From assembly GCA_041489155.1 (NCBI GenBank), contig JBGPQP010000004.1:31030-95029 (forward strand): DNA of 64,000 nucleotides, read 5' to 3'. The position numbers and the translations under genes were made by a program. Below are positions 47,987 to 59,162 of this stretch, in pieces (the first letter of the stretch is position 1; each line of letters opens with the position of its first letter). The notes beneath the pieces were generated by a model that ran no database searches, had not been told where the DNA came from, and was given only the letters and a program-made list of their open reading frames with translations. The stretch is from Candidatus Aenigmatarchaeota archaeon. GTDB taxonomy: Archaea > Aenigmatarchaeota > Aenigmatarchaeia > QMZP01 > QMZT01.

Positions 47987-49189
47987 TCAGAAATCCCCCA
48001 GCCTTTTCTGCCTGAGGATTATGCTGTTCTTGACGTATTCATAGACAGATGTTTTCAGTTTCGTGTTGATGTGGGCCAGCGCTTCTTTCAGGATTGCGAA
48101 TTTCATGGGCGGCTGGCTGAGGGCGTTACGCGTGTTCTCGAGGCACTGCCACACACCAACCGGGATTGTATAGCCCTGGTGGATCTCGCGGAAAATCACG
48201 CATCTCGCCTGGCGCTTCATGCGCTCCAGGCCTTCGGCGAGGCCCAGGCGGTTCGCGTAGAAGCCGCCGCCCTGCTGGTCGGCGTAGTCGCTGCGGCCTC
48301 CGAAGGGCTCGTATTCGGCTGTGATCTCCGGCTTCTTGAGATATTGCGCCCAGTAGGAGCCGGGCGACCAGCACTCGAAATTCTCGTATTCCCAGCTGCC
48401 GGGCATGAGCAGGATTTCATAGTGATTGTCGAGGTAGTCGCTGGTATAGACATGGTATTCGTTTATCGAAGGGCATTGCTTGACCTGTTCGAGCAGGCGG
48501 TTGGCCAGCATGGAATGCATCGCCGTTATGCTCCAGCGTGTCGGCACGAGTTTTCTGCGCTCGTGCATGCCAAAAATACCTGACGATAGGATGGTGATGA
48601 GCTTGTAAACGTCGATTCCCTGGCTGTACAGGGCAAAGGTCACGTCCGTTGTCTTGATGTCGTCCGTAACGACTTTCTCGACCTTCGGCGAGACCTTGGG
48701 ATTGCCGGCGACGGCGAACTTCTCTATCGTCCCCGAGGGGCCCATGGGATTGGCGATGTCGGAGAATTCGAGGGATATCTGAGGGACGTGCTTGAAGAGG
48801 ATCTCGACGTCCGTCGGTTTCTTCGCTATCGCCAGTTCCTGGTTCTGCTCGATGAAACGCGAACGGGAGAAGACGTTTTCCCTGTATTTCGAGCGCAGGA
48901 GCAGCGAGCGCAGGCGCAGTATCTCTCCGTATGGCTTGCCGAACCAGGCCTGCGGTGCGTCGATGGTGTCCACGCTCGCCGGGTCTATCGCCGCCATCGG
49001 CCCCACATAAACGTCGGGGTAGAAATTATGCCCGACAAAAACCGATGTGGACGGCCCGAAGAATTCCTTCTTGAGCGATAGCCCTATCTGCGGCGCTACG
49101 TTGAGCTTGGCCTGCAGCGGGCACACGCGCCAGCCGCAGAGCTTCCTCGAGCCCTTGCACACTATGCAGAGCCTGGCGGGAGAAACCAT
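47987..49189 (-). CDS. nreA: Nre family DNA repair protein
   Basis: CIVCKG...CG...CP, LVPTRWSITA, C-terminal PIP box QKRLGDF. Confidence 0.92.
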   Translation of the reverse strand: MVSPARLCIVCKGSRKLCGWRVCPLQAKLNVAPQIGLSLKKEFFGPSTSVFVGHNFYPDVYVGPMAAIDPASVDTIDAPQAWFGKPYGEILRLRSLLLRSKYRENVFSRSRFIEQNQELAIAKKPTDVEILFKHVPQISLEFSDIANPMGPSGTIEKFAVAGNPKVSPKVEKVVTDDIKTTDVTFALYSQGIDVYKLITILSSGIFGMHERRKLVPTRWSITAMHSMLANRLLEQVKQCPSINEYHVYTSDYLDNHYEILLMPGSWEYENFECWSPGSYWAQYLKKPEITAEYEPFGGRSDYADQQGGGFYANRLGLAEGLERMKRQARCVIFREIHQGYTIPVGVWQCLENTRNALSQPPMKFAILKEALAHINTKLKTSVYEYVKNSIILRQKRLGDF

Positions 49190-49361
49190 ATAATATCTGT
49201 GTAGTACAAAAATTATAAGTTTTATCCCTCTAAAACGCAGGCGGTAAAAACCTTTATATTTATTAATATTAATATAACGACTTCCAAATATCTACTAAAC
49301 AATACTAGGTAAACCATTTTATAGCCGCATTGAAGCCAAAACAACGAGAGGTTGAGATTGT

Positions 49362-49685
49362 ATGAATCAGGACCTGCTTGAGGAAATCAAAAAAGCGGAA
49401 AAGGACGCCAACAGGATCGTCGAGAACGCTGAAAAGCGGAAGAACGAGATAATTCTTGAGAGCGGGAGAGACGCGAGGTCACTCGAGGAAAAAGAGATGG
49501 AAAGGCTGAAGAAAGAAGCCGAGCAGCAGATAAGGCTTTACGAAGCAAAGATCGGCAAGGAGCTGGAACGTTTTCTCGGCGAAAAAAGGCTGGAAACCGA
49601 TAAGATGAAGAAGGCCTCCTCGAAGAAGGTGGAAAGGGCTGTTGAAATCCTGAAAAAGGAGTTCCACGACTTTCTGGGAGAGTGA
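49362..49685 (+). CDS. atpH: A/V-type ATP synthase subunit H
   Basis: Charged coiled coil; first gene of the operon. Confidence 0.8.
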   Translation: MNQDLLEEIKKAEKDANRIVENAEKRKNEIILESGRDARSLEEKEMERLKKEAEQQIRLYEAKIGKELERFLGEKRLETDKMKKASSKKVERAVEILKKEFHDFLGE

Positions 49686-49691
49686 AACCGC

Positions 49692-51539
49692 ATGTTTTTC
49701 CCTACTGAGATGTCAAGGGTAACGGTCGTTTCTCACAGGATTTACATGGAGGACGTGATAAAGGCGCTTTACGAGGCAGACGTCCTGCATCTCAAGGACT
49801 ACGTCCCCAGGGAAGGCGACCACTACCCGATAGGAGCGCCCCTGCCCAACGCAGAAAAGATATCCGAGCTGCTGCTCACCATAAATGCAGTAAAAACCCA
49901 GCTTGTTCTGAAGGACGTTGAAAAAAAAGCGACAGACATGTCGCTGGAGAAGGCGGAAAAATTCCTCAACGCCTTGCAGGAAAGGGTCAGCAGGATAAAC
50001 AACGCCATACGCGAGGCCGAGGCCGAGATAAAGGCGAACTCATGCAAGAAGGAAGTCCTGGATTTCCTAACCGCAACAATGATAAAGAAGTTCGACGCGC
50101 TCCGCGGCTACGGCAGCCTTGAAGTCATGGCCGGGTACGTGCCGGACCTGAAAATCCTGAAAGAGCGCATGAGCACGCTTGACTTCGAAATGTTCAGCTC
50201 CGACGACAAGATTAAAAAAGGCTTTCCTGTCGTCGTCTTGGTCAGGAAGAAGGACGCGGAGAGGCTGAAAAGCGCGCTGCAGTTCTCCGGCTTCTGCAGG
50301 GTAGAAACCGACCTTGAATGGAAAAAGGCGAATGTCAGCGAGGAGAACGAGGAATTCAGCAGCACGATGAAAGCGCTCGATAAGAAGCTCGCATCGCTCA
50401 GGAGCGAACTGGCGCAGGAGACCAAGGAAAACGGAGGCATCCTCCTTAGCCTTGAGTACAACCTCACGGCAGAAATAAGGAAATCCGAAGTGCCCCTAAA
50501 GTTCGCCGTCAGCAAGTACAGCTTCATGATACAGGGATGGGTTCCCAACGGCAGGCGGGACGTGCTGGAAAAGCGCCTGAAAGGCATAACCGAAAACCTC
50601 TACCTCAACCTGGAGAAGGTCGGCGAGCATGAGGAGGCGCCCATATTGCTGAAAAACAAGGGCCCGGTGAAGCCGTTCGAGTTCTTCCTGCGTTTGTATT
50701 CGCTGCCCAGCTACAAGGAGATAGATCCGACCTTCATACTTTTCATGACTTACCCGATCATCTTCGGCATTATGCTCGGAGACATAGGCTACGGCCTCGT
50801 CCTTTTCGCGGGCTTCGCCTTCATAAAGTACAAGATGAAAAAAATGGGCTCGGTCGCGTCGGTGCTCATGCTTTCCTCGCTGGTGAGCGTATTGTTTGGC
50901 TTCATATACGGTGAGTTTTTCGGCTTCGAGACAATAGGCAGCTTCGAACTTCATCCGATGATAATGAGGGCCGAGGGCATCAACGCGATGCTGCCGATAT
51001 CCCTCATAATAGGCATAGTGCATCTTAACATAGGCATCGCCATCGCCCTCGTCAATGAGCTGCGCGAGAGGAAGTTCAGGCATGCGCTGGGCAAGGCAAG
51101 CTGGTTCGTGCTCGAGACCGGCGGGATACTTTACCTGCTTGAAACGTTTTTCAAGATTCCCACAGGGGTCGAGCCGATGACAAGCCTGGCCATCCTCCTT
51201 ACGGGCGTCGTGCTGCTCACCATAGGCGAGAGCTATCGCGGCCTCATAGAAATCCCCGCTCTCGCGAGCAACGTGCTTTCATACGCCCGTATTGCCGCCC
51301 TGGGTCTCGCAGGCGTGCAGCTCGCTCTCATAATAAACGGCATGGCGGGGGGCATGTTCCATGCGGGCGGCTTCATGATAATCGGCGGCGTTGCACTGCT
51401 GTTCACAGGCCATGCGGTCAACACGCTGCTGTCGCTCATGGGCTGCTTCCTGCAGTCGCTGAGGCTGCATTACGTCGAGATGTTCTCGAAGTTTTATCAT
51501 GGTGACGGCGAACCGTACAAACCGTTCGGTTCAGGCTGA
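49692..51539 (+). CDS. atpI: A/V-type ATP synthase subunit I (a)
   Basis: PSYKEIDPT, GDIGYG, SYARI, LRLHYVEMF. Confidence 0.95.
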   Translation: MFFPTEMSRVTVVSHRIYMEDVIKALYEADVLHLKDYVPREGDHYPIGAPLPNAEKISELLLTINAVKTQLVLKDVEKKATDMSLEKAEKFLNALQERVSRINNAIREAEAEIKANSCKKEVLDFLTATMIKKFDALRGYGSLEVMAGYVPDLKILKERMSTLDFEMFSSDDKIKKGFPVVVLVRKKDAERLKSALQFSGFCRVETDLEWKKANVSEENEEFSSTMKALDKKLASLRSELAQETKENGGILLSLEYNLTAEIRKSEVPLKFAVSKYSFMIQGWVPNGRRDVLEKRLKGITENLYLNLEKVGEHEEAPILLKNKGPVKPFEFFLRLYSLPSYKEIDPTFILFMTYPIIFGIMLGDIGYGLVLFAGFAFIKYKMKKMGSVASVLMLSSLVSVLFGFIYGEFFGFETIGSFELHPMIMRAEGINAMLPISLIIGIVHLNIGIAIALVNELRERKFRHALGKASWFVLETGGILYLLETFFKIPTGVEPMTSLAILLTGVVLLTIGESYRGLIEIPALASNVLSYARIAALGLAGVQLALIINGMAGGMFHAGGFMIIGGVALLFTGHAVNTLLSLMGCFLQSLRLHYVEMFSKFYHGDGEPYKPFGSG

Positions 51540-51573
51540 AACGCAAGTGAGAAATAAAATTGGAGGTGCCAAT

Positions 51574-51792
51574 ATGGCAGGAGATTGGGCAGCAATCGCT
51601 GCAGCAGCGACGATAAGCGTGAGCGCAGTGGCGACGGCATGGGCTGAAAAGGAAATCGGTACTTCAGCTATCGGTGCAATGGCCGAGAAGGAAGGTCTCT
51701 TCGCGCAGGGTCTTATCCTGACGGTCATACCAGAGACCATAATCATTTTCGGTCTGGTCGTGGCGCTGCAGATAGTCGGCATGGGAGGTTAA
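51574..51792 (+). CDS. atpK: A/V-type ATP synthase subunit K (c), single hairpin, Na+-type ligands
   Basis: GGAGGTG SD; Glu in helix 1 (AWAEKEIG) and PET in helix 2. Confidence 0.93.
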   Translation: MAGDWAAIAAAATISVSAVATAWAEKEIGTSAIGAMAEKEGLFAQGLILTVIPETIIIFGLVVALQIVGMGG

Positions 51793-51809
51793 AACGCAAG
51801 GAGAAACGT

Positions 51810-52373
51810 ATGGGACTGAACAAGGTAGCCACTGAGATAAGGCAGAACGCGGAAAAGGAAGCGCAGAGGATAGTCGGCGAAGGCAAGAGCGAAGGGCAGA
51901 AAATACTGGACGAGACCAGGAAAAGGGTGAAGGATCAGGAAGCGGCAATGACGAAGGAAATCGAGGCAGAGCTCAGGCAGATAGACGTAAAGAGCCAGAC
52001 GGTCATGAAGAAGCGGACCAGGGAATTCGAGATGAACGCCAAAAAGGAGCTCGTCGAGAAGGTCTACCAGGAATTCCTTGACCACCTCAGGCGCATGAAA
52101 GGCGGCGAAAGGGAAAGGATATTCAAGCAGATGGCGAGGCAGACTAAAGGCCAGCTGAGCAACCCGAAAACCGTCTATGCGAGGAAAGAGGACGCTTCGC
52201 TCGCCAAGAAGCTTTTCAGAGGGATGCACGTCATTACGAAGGATATGGACGGTGGCTTCGTGCTGGAAAGCGGTGACGGCAAGGAAGCGATAGACTTCAG
52301 GTTCGAAACGCTCATCGAGCTTCTGAAGGGCAAGACGCTCAAAAGCGTTTCCAAGACGCTGTTCGGTGGATAA
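51810..52373 (+). CDS. atpE: A/V-type ATP synthase subunit E
   Basis: MGLNKV, GGFVLES...IDFRFE. Confidence 0.9.
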   Translation: MGLNKVATEIRQNAEKEAQRIVGEGKSEGQKILDETRKRVKDQEAAMTKEIEAELRQIDVKSQTVMKKRTREFEMNAKKELVEKVYQEFLDHLRRMKGGERERIFKQMARQTKGQLSNPKTVYARKEDASLAKKLFRGMHVITKDMDGGFVLESGDGKEAIDFRFETLIELLKGKTLKSVSKTLFGG

Positions 52374-53555
52374 ATGAAGCTAAAGCTGAGAAAAAGGAAA
52401 GTGAAGAAAAAGGCAGCCAAGAGGATAAAGTTCAAAACGTATCCTTACACCGTCACGAGGGTAAGGGTGATGAAGTCAAAGCTGCTGGGCGAGGAGGATT
52501 ACCTCAGGATGAAGAAGATGGGCACCAGCGAAATCACCCGCTTCCTCGAGGAAAGCGAATACAAGACGGAGATAGACTCGCTTTCCAAGGACTACAGAGG
52601 GACTGAGCTCATAGAGCTAGCGCTGAACGAGAACCTCGCGCATGTCATAAACAAGCTGCTGATGATATCGCTAAAGAACGAGGTGAAGCAGCTCATACAA
52701 TTCTACTCGCTGAAATGGATACTCAACAACATGAAGCTCGTCCTGCGGACGCGCATGAACAAGCTCGGCGAGGAGGACCTGAAATACGGCATCATACCGA
52801 TAAACCCGACGAGCTATGAGAAATGCCTTAAGATGTACAAGGACGACGCAGAGGAGTTCGCCGAGGAGCTGAGCGCGATAACGGGAATAGACATAGAAAA
52901 GCTGAAGGAGCTCTACAATGCGAACAACCTCATCGCGCTCGAGAACGAGATAGACATTGACTTTTACTCAAAGATGATCGACCTCAAGAACAGGATGAAA
53001 CTGAGGAAAAACGACCCGCTCAGGCAGTTTTTCGACCACCTGGTAACCCTTATGAACATAAAGAACATAGTGAGGTTCAAGAGGGAGGGCATAAGTGAGG
53101 ACATCATAAGGAAGCTGATAGTCATTGAAAACCCGCTGAAACTGGATATGAAAATGAGCAAGAGGCTTTTGAGCATCAGACGGAGGCGAATGGGGGACAA
53201 GCTCATGGAGGGCATGATACACGCGGAAGACGTCAAGGCGGTTTTCGAGAAGCTGAAGGAAAGCAGGTACAAGGATCTTGCAACGCCCGACGTGCTGGAG
53301 AACCCTTCGAGGCTCGAGGGCTCGATAGACAAGTTCCTGCTCATGCACGCCTCAAGGCTCCTGCACAGGAGGCCGCTTTCGATCTCGCCCATATTCGGCT
53401 TCCTGCTGACAAAGGAGATCGAGACCAAGAACATCAAGCTGCTGGTGCACGCGAAGGCGATGGGCCTCGATGAGAAAGTGATAGACAACAATCTCATAGT
53501 CATACACGATTCGGCGCTGAAAAGGATTGAAGGTGATAAGGCACGCATGAAATAG
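52374..53555 (+). CDS. atpC: A/V-type ATP synthase subunit C
   Basis: YTVTRVRVMKSKLL, KEIETKNIKLL. Confidence 0.9.
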   Translation: MKLKLRKRKVKKKAAKRIKFKTYPYTVTRVRVMKSKLLGEEDYLRMKKMGTSEITRFLEESEYKTEIDSLSKDYRGTELIELALNENLAHVINKLLMISLKNEVKQLIQFYSLKWILNNMKLVLRTRMNKLGEEDLKYGIIPINPTSYEKCLKMYKDDAEEFAEELSAITGIDIEKLKELYNANNLIALENEIDIDFYSKMIDLKNRMKLRKNDPLRQFFDHLVTLMNIKNIVRFKREGISEDIIRKLIVIENPLKLDMKMSKRLLSIRRRRMGDKLMEGMIHAEDVKAVFEKLKESRYKDLATPDVLENPSRLEGSIDKFLLMHASRLLHRRPLSISPIFGFLLTKEIETKNIKLLVHAKAMGLDEKVIDNNLIVIHDSALKRIEGDKARMK

Positions 53556-53857
53556 CTGTGATGGGAAACGAATATTTCGTGCTCGGCTTCCAGTCTGCCG
53601 GCGTGAGGCAGGCCTTCGTCGTGACGAAGGAAAACATAAACAGGCAGTTCGAGGAAGTCATGGAGAGGAAGGACGTCGGCATACTCGTCATGAACAACGA
53701 CGAATTCCAGATGCTGAACGAGCGCCTGAAAGAGCGCGCTTTGATTCAGGTGAAGCCGACCGTCGTAATCCTCTCGCACGACATCTCCGCCGAGGAGAAC
53801 ATGAGGCTCATGATCAGAAGGTCTCTTGGTATAGACCTTTGGGAGAAAAAAGGTTAG
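53543..53857 (+). CDS. atpF: A/V-type ATP synthase subunit F (start uncertain: ACG 53543 or GTG 53558)
   Basis: EIAVMG...GFQSAG, RRSLGIDL. Confidence 0.88.
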   Translation, partial: THEIAVMGNEYFVLGFQSAGVRQAFVVTKENINRQFEEVMERKDVGILVMNNDEFQMLNERLKERALIQVKPTVVILSHDISAEENMRLMIRRSLGIDLWEKKG

Positions 53858-53863
53858 GTGGTT

Positions 53864-55615
53864 ATGATGGAAGAAGCTAAGGGTAAGATATTCAGGGTCG
53901 CCGGCCCTGTCGTGATGGCCGAAAACATCGATGCAAGGATGTACGACCTCATGCGCGTCGGCAGCGAAAAGCTCATGGGCGAGGTCATCCAGATAAACCC
54001 GGACAAGATTACGATCCAGGTTTACGAGGACACCTCGGGCCTTAAGCCGGGCGAGCCCGTGGAGAACACAGGACAGCCGCTGGTCGTCGAGCTCGGGCCT
54101 GGCCTGCTCACGAGCATTTACGACGGCATACAGAGGCCGCTGCCCGTGCTGAAAACGATGATGGGCGACTTCATAAAGAGAGGAGCGAAAGCGCCGGGCC
54201 TTGACAGGAAAAAGAAATGGCACTTCAAGCCGGGCGTAAAGCGAGGCGATGAAGTGAAGGACGGCCAGATCATAGGCAGTGTAAAGGAGACCGCTGTCAT
54301 CGACCACAGGATCCTTGTCCCTCCCGGGATTTCGGGAACTATAAAAGAGATAAAGGAAGGGGACTTCACGGTTGAAGAAACGATCGCGACGCTTACCAGC
54401 GGCAAGAAGCTCAGCATGATGCAGATATGGCCGGTCAGGAAGCCAAGGCCGGTGAAGGAAAAGCTTACCCCTGAAATCCCGCTCGTCACAGGACAAAGGA
54501 TTCTCGACTCGCTGTTCCCGCTCGCGAAGGGCGGAGCCGGCGGCATTCCCGGGCCTTTCGGTTCGGGCAAGACTGTCATACAACAGCAGCTCGCGAAATG
54601 GTCGGACGCAGACATCGTGGTTTACGTCGGATGCGGCGAAAGAGGGAACGAGATGACGGAAGTATTGAAGGACTTCCCGAAACTGATAGACCCCAAGACG
54701 AACAAGCCGCTCATGGAGAGGACCGTCCTCATAGCGAACACTTCGAACATGCCCGTCGCAGCGAGAGAGGCGTCGATTTACACGGGCATAACCATCGCAG
54801 AATACTACCGCGACATGGGCTATGACGTAGCGTTAATGGCGGATTCGACGTCGCGATGGGCGGAGGCGATGAGAGAAATCTCGTCGCGTCTCGAGGAGAT
54901 GCCAGGCGAGGAGGGCTATCCCGCATATCTTTCCGCAAGGCTCGCCGAATTCTACGAGCGCGCCGGAAGGGTGAAGCCGCTCGGCGTTAACAAAATTGGT
55001 TCTGTTAGCATCATCGGCGCGGTCTCGCCGCCCGGAGGCGACTTTTCGGAACCAGTGACACAGTCGACCCTCCGCGTCGTTAAGACGTTCTGGGCGCTGG
55101 ACGCGAAGCTCGCGCACAGGCGCCACTTCCCCTCCATCAACTGGCTTACTTCGTATTCGCTTTACGAGGACATACTCGAGCCGTGGTACACGAAGAACGT
55201 GGCGCCCGACTGGAGGAAGATAATAGTGGAATGCAAGAAAACCCTCCAGGAGGAGGAGAAGCTGCAGGAAATTGTGCAGCTGGTGGGCTCTGACGCGCTG
55301 CCTGAGAACGAGCAGCTCACCCTCGAAATCGCGAGGATGATACGCGAATTCTTCTTACAGCAGAGCGCTTACCACGAGGTCGACACCTTCTGCGACCTGA
55401 AGAAGAGCTACATGATGATGAAGACGATTCTTCACTTCGCCGAGAAGGCGCGCTATGCGCTGAAGGCAGGCGTTCTGGCGCGAAGCCTGCTCGAGATAAA
55501 GGCGAAGAACAAGATCGCAGACGCCAAGTTCGAGAAGAACCATGAGAAAATCCTTTCTGACGCTCAGCAGATGATGGACAAGGAGATAGATGATTTGATT
55601 AAGGAGATAAAGTAG
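53864..55615 (+). CDS. atpA: A/V-type ATP synthase subunit A
   Basis: [26 protein letters not shown]. Confidence 0.98.
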   Translation: MMEEAKGKIFRVAGPVVMAENIDARMYDLMRVGSEKLMGEVIQINPDKITIQVYEDTSGLKPGEPVENTGQPLVVELGPGLLTSIYDGIQRPLPVLKTMMGDFIKRGAKAPGLDRKKKWHFKPGVKRGDEVKDGQIIGSVKETAVIDHRILVPPGISGTIKEIKEGDFTVEETIATLTSGKKLSMMQIWPVRKPRPVKEKLTPEIPLVTGQRILDSLFPLAKGGAGGIPGPFGSGKTVIQQQLAKWSDADIVVYVGCGERGNEMTEVLKDFPKLIDPKTNKPLMERTVLIANTSNMPVAAREASIYTGITIAEYYRDMGYDVALMADSTSRWAEAMREISSRLEEMPGEEGYPAYLSARLAEFYERAGRVKPLGVNKIGSVSIIGAVSPPGGDFSEPVTQSTLRVVKTFWALDAKLAHRRHFPSINWLTSYSLYEDILEPWYTKNVAPDWRKIIVECKKTLQEEEKLQEIVQLVGSDALPENEQLTLEIARMIREFFLQQSAYHEVDTFCDLKKSYMMMKTILHFAEKARYALKAGVLARSLLEIKAKNKIADAKFEKNHEKILSDAQQMMDKEIDDLIKEIK

Positions 55616-55629
55616 CGGAGGTGCTCATT

Positions 55630-57156
55630 ATGAGAATGAAAGATTATAAGACGATAACAAGAATCGCAGGTCCCCTGCTTTTCGTTGAGAAGACCCACGC
55701 GGTCGGCTACGGCGAGTTGGTAAGGGTCACCCTGTCGAACGGCGAAAAGCGCCTAGGCCAGGTCCTGGACACTTCGAAGGACATAGTAGTCGTCCAGAGC
55801 TTCGAGGGGACCAGCGGGATGGACAAAAAATCGAACGTCCGCTTCCTCGGAGACGTCATGCGCCTGAAGGTTTCCGGCGACATGCTGGGCAGGATATTCA
55901 ACGGGAGAGGCGAGCCCATAGACGGCGGCCCCGACGTAATCCCGGATGAAGAGCTGGACATCAACGGAGCCGCGATAAACCCGTACGCCCGCGGCCCTCC
56001 GCAGGACTTCATCCAGACCGGCGTCTCGACCATAGACGGCATGAACACGCTGGTCCGCGGCCAGAAGCTGCCCATATTCTCCGGAAGCGGCCTGCCGCAC
56101 AACGACATCGCCCTGCAGATAGCAAGGCAGGCGAGGGTCAGGGGTGAGAAAGAAACGTTCGCGGTCATCTTCGCGGCGATGGGCATTACGAACGAGGAAG
56201 CCCAGAAGTTCATAAGGGACTTCGAGGAGACGGGCGCGATAGAGCGAGCGGTCGTCTTCCTGAACCTTGCGGACGACCCGGCGGTCGAGCGTCTGATCAC
56301 GCCGAGACTCGCGCTGACTACTGCGGAATTCTTCGCCTACCAGAAGAACATGCACGTGCTGGTCATACTCACGGACATGACAAACTACTGCGAATCGCTC
56401 CGCGAGATCAGCTCGGCGAGGGAAGAAATTCCTGGCCGCCGAGGCTACCCGGGATACATGTACACCGACCTGGCGACGGTATACGAAAGGGCTGGCATGA
56501 TCAAAGGACGTAGTGGCAGCGTGACGCAGATCCCGATTCTCACGATGATAGGCGACGACATAACGCACCCGATACCCGACCTTACGGGCTACATCACCGA
56601 AGGCCAGGTCGTGCTAAACAGGGAGCTGCACATGAAAGGCATCTACCCGCCGGTCGATGTTCTGCCGTCGCTTTCGCGTCTCATGAACCAGGGCATAGGG
56701 AAGGGCAAGACCCGCGAGGACCACCGCCAGGTTTCGGACCAGCTTTACGCTGGTTACGCCGAAGGCAGGGATCTGCGCGGGCTTGTGGCGATAGTTGGAG
56801 AGGAAGCGCTCTCGCCGAGGGACAGGCGTCTTCTCAAGTTCGCAGAGGAATTCGAAAAGAGGTTCGTACAGCAGGGCCTGAGGGAGAACAGGGAAATAGA
56901 AAAGACGATGGGCATTTCATGGGATCTGTTGTCAGCGATACCGAGAGAAGAGCTCACGAGGATAAGCGAAGACTTCAAGAAACGCTTCTACAGGGGCGAA
57001 GGCGCTCAGCAGCACCTGACCGTTGAAACGGCCGAGGAAAAGGCCGGGAAGGAAGAGACCAGAAAAGCGGAAGAAACGCACAAAGCCAGACAACAGACGC
57101 CGAAGCCTAAGGCAAAGGCTTCCGCCAAACACAGGAAAAGGGCCGGGAGAAGGTAG
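55630..57156 (+). CDS. atpB: A/V-type ATP synthase subunit B with charged C-terminal extension
   Basis: [32 protein letters not shown]. Confidence 0.98.
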   Translation: MRMKDYKTITRIAGPLLFVEKTHAVGYGELVRVTLSNGEKRLGQVLDTSKDIVVVQSFEGTSGMDKKSNVRFLGDVMRLKVSGDMLGRIFNGRGEPIDGGPDVIPDEELDINGAAINPYARGPPQDFIQTGVSTIDGMNTLVRGQKLPIFSGSGLPHNDIALQIARQARVRGEKETFAVIFAAMGITNEEAQKFIRDFEETGAIERAVVFLNLADDPAVERLITPRLALTTAEFFAYQKNMHVLVILTDMTNYCESLREISSAREEIPGRRGYPGYMYTDLATVYERAGMIKGRSGSVTQIPILTMIGDDITHPIPDLTGYITEGQVVLNRELHMKGIYPPVDVLPSLSRLMNQGIGKGKTREDHRQVSDQLYAGYAEGRDLRGLVAIVGEEALSPRDRRLLKFAEEFEKRFVQQGLRENREIEKTMGISWDLLSAIPREELTRISEDFKKRFYRGEGAQQHLTVETAEEKAGKEETRKAEETHKARQQTPKPKAKASAKHRKRAGRR

Positions 57157-57174
57157 CTTAGGAATAAGGTAATT

Positions 57175-57789
57175 ATGACTGACGTCAAGGCGACAAGATC
57201 CGAGTTGCTGAACATAAAGAGGAAGATAAAGCTGGCGCACGCAGGCCACAAGCTGCTGAAGAAGAAGCGCGATGGCTTGATACTCGAGTTCTTCGACGTG
57301 CTGAAGAACGCCAGGGACCTGAGGAAGGACCTCAACGAGAAGTACATAGCAGCGCACGGCAGGATGCTTGAATGCGCCGCGCTCGACGGCATGGTGAACA
57401 TAAAATCCATCGCCTTCGCGCTCAAGGACAGACCAGCCATAGAACTCGAGGTTAAGAACATAATGGGCGTCACGGTTCCGGTGATAAAGGCGGGAACCGT
57501 GAGGAAGAACCTCGTCGAAAGAGGCCATGGTATAATGTCGACCAGCCTCAGGATAGACGACATGGTGAAGGGCTACGAAACGCTGCTGGAGAACATCATA
57601 GTCGCGGCGGAAATAGAGACAACCATGAGGAAGCTGCTCAAGGAAATAGAGTCCACGAAGCGCAGGGTGAACGCGCTCGAGTTCGTGATAATCCCGAGGC
57701 TCAGGGAGCAGGCTGCTTTTATTAACATGCGGCTCGAAGAGATGGAAAGGGAAAACATCTTCCGCATGAAGAGGCTGAAGGGCGATTGA
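57175..57789 (+). CDS. atpD: A/V-type ATP synthase subunit D
   Basis: GHKLLKKKRD, TKRRVNALE. Confidence 0.96.
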   Translation: MTDVKATRSELLNIKRKIKLAHAGHKLLKKKRDGLILEFFDVLKNARDLRKDLNEKYIAAHGRMLECAALDGMVNIKSIAFALKDRPAIELEVKNIMGVTVPVIKAGTVRKNLVERGHGIMSTSLRIDDMVKGYETLLENIIVAAEIETTMRKLLKEIESTKRRVNALEFVIIPRLREQAAFINMRLEEMERENIFRMKRLKGD

Positions 57790-58248
57790 ATGAATTCGAC
57801 CACAAAACAAAGGATTGTAGCGATTTTCATAGGCGTTGTCATGCTGGCCAGCATGGCGGAGATCGGCCTGCTGCGCAACGTCCCGGGCAATACGCAGGAG
57901 GCTGCAAAACTGCCCGATGCCGTGAACAGGAAACTGACGCTGCTCGAAATGAGGGACGCGCTGACGAGCGGCAAGGTCCTGATTGAATATTTTTACAACG
58001 AAACGTGCGCCAACTGCACCGCAAAGGAGAACATGTACAAGGAATTCGTTGCATCAGACCAGTTCAATGGCTACGTGATGCTTTCTTACGGCGTGTGGAA
58101 CGAGACGTCTGACTGGATGCTGGACGCCACAGGCACCCAGACGAGACTGGACAATATAAGCGACACGACCCAGTTAAAAAAATTGATCTGCAGCGATGAG
58201 ATAAGGATGTTCAGCAAGCCGAACGTCTGCGTGCTGGAGAGCCTGTAA
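57790..58248 (+). CDS. Membrane-anchored thioredoxin-like hypothetical protein
   Basis: N-terminal TM; YFYNETCANC. Confidence 0.65.
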   Translation: MNSTTKQRIVAIFIGVVMLASMAEIGLLRNVPGNTQEAAKLPDAVNRKLTLLEMRDALTSGKVLIEYFYNETCANCTAKENMYKEFVASDQFNGYVMLSYGVWNETSDWMLDATGTQTRLDNISDTTQLKKLICSDEIRMFSKPNVCVLESL

Positions 58249-58366
58249 ACGGCAAGAAGCGGTAAGAGCGGGCGCTGAAGCTTATAAAGAAGCTTATAAA
58301 TTAATAAAATCTTATAAATATAACCCAAATTAGTTATACTGTTAACAGGTCAAACGGAGGGCCGTT

Positions 58367-58954
58367 ATGTATAAAATATTCGACGTGAGTGACAAGATAA
58401 GAGTCGCGCCAGACAAGTTCGGGCTCAAGCTCGAGGAAGCGGTTAAGACAAGCCTTGAGGAGAAGCTGGAAGGCTCCATAGAGAAGGGCCTGGGCGTCAT
58501 ACTTGCGGTAATGTCGGTCGAGAAGATAGGGGAGGGTACAATCTTTCCCGGCGACGGCGCCCTGTACTACCCTGTCGATTTCAGGGTCCTAACCTACACC
58601 CCGGAGCAGCACGAGATCGTGAAGGGCGAGATAATCGACGTGACCGAATTCGGCGTTTTCGTGAGGATGGGGCCGGTCGACGGCATGGTGCACGTTTCTC
58701 AGCTCATGGATGATTTCGTTTCGTACGACCAGAAAAACATGATGTTCACTGGCAAGAAGACGAAGAGAAGGGTAAAGGAGAAGGCGGTCGTCATGGCCAG
58801 GGTCATATCGGTTTCCATGGCAGAGAGCCAGTACAAGATCGGCCTCACGACGAGACAGCCGGGCCTTGGCGCCCTTGAATGGTTCAAGAAAGAGGAAGAA
58901 GAGAAGGAAACGAAGAAAGAGGAGAAAAAGGAGAAATCCGAGAAGAAGAAGTGA
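58367..58954 (+). CDS. rpoE1: RNA polymerase subunit E' (Rpo7)
   Basis: PGDGA, S1 domain GPVDGMVHVSQ, KIGLTTRQPGLG. Confidence 0.96.
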   Translation: MYKIFDVSDKIRVAPDKFGLKLEEAVKTSLEEKLEGSIEKGLGVILAVMSVEKIGEGTIFPGDGALYYPVDFRVLTYTPEQHEIVKGEIIDVTEFGVFVRMGPVDGMVHVSQLMDDFVSYDQKNMMFTGKKTKRRVKEKAVVMARVISVSMAESQYKIGLTTRQPGLGALEWFKKEEEEKETKKEEKKEKSEKKK

Positions 58955-58959
58955 TGCGT

Positions 58960-59151
58960 ATGGTAGAAAAGGAAAAAGTGTGCAAGACCTGCAGGAGATT
59001 CGTGTTGGACGAGAAGTGCCCGGCATGCGGCATGAAGAACTTCACGAAGACCTGGAAGGGAGTTGTCATCATAAACGACCCGAACGAATCTGAAATAGCG
59101 AAACTGCTCGGCATAACTGCGCCGGGCAAGTATGCGCTCTGGGTAAAGTAA
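58960..59151 (+). CDS. spt4: Transcription elongation factor Spt4 (RpoE'')
   Basis: CKTC...CPAC...WKG...PGKYAL. Confidence 0.95.
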   Translation: MVEKEKVCKTCRRFVLDEKCPACGMKNFTKTWKGVVIINDPNESEIAKLLGITAPGKYALWVK

Positions 59152-59162
59152 GGTGAAAAATT

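Noticed and set aside
52964..54583. 539-aa minus-strand ORF and many similar long antisense ORFs
   Set aside because: Shadows of well-supported genes caused by codon bias.
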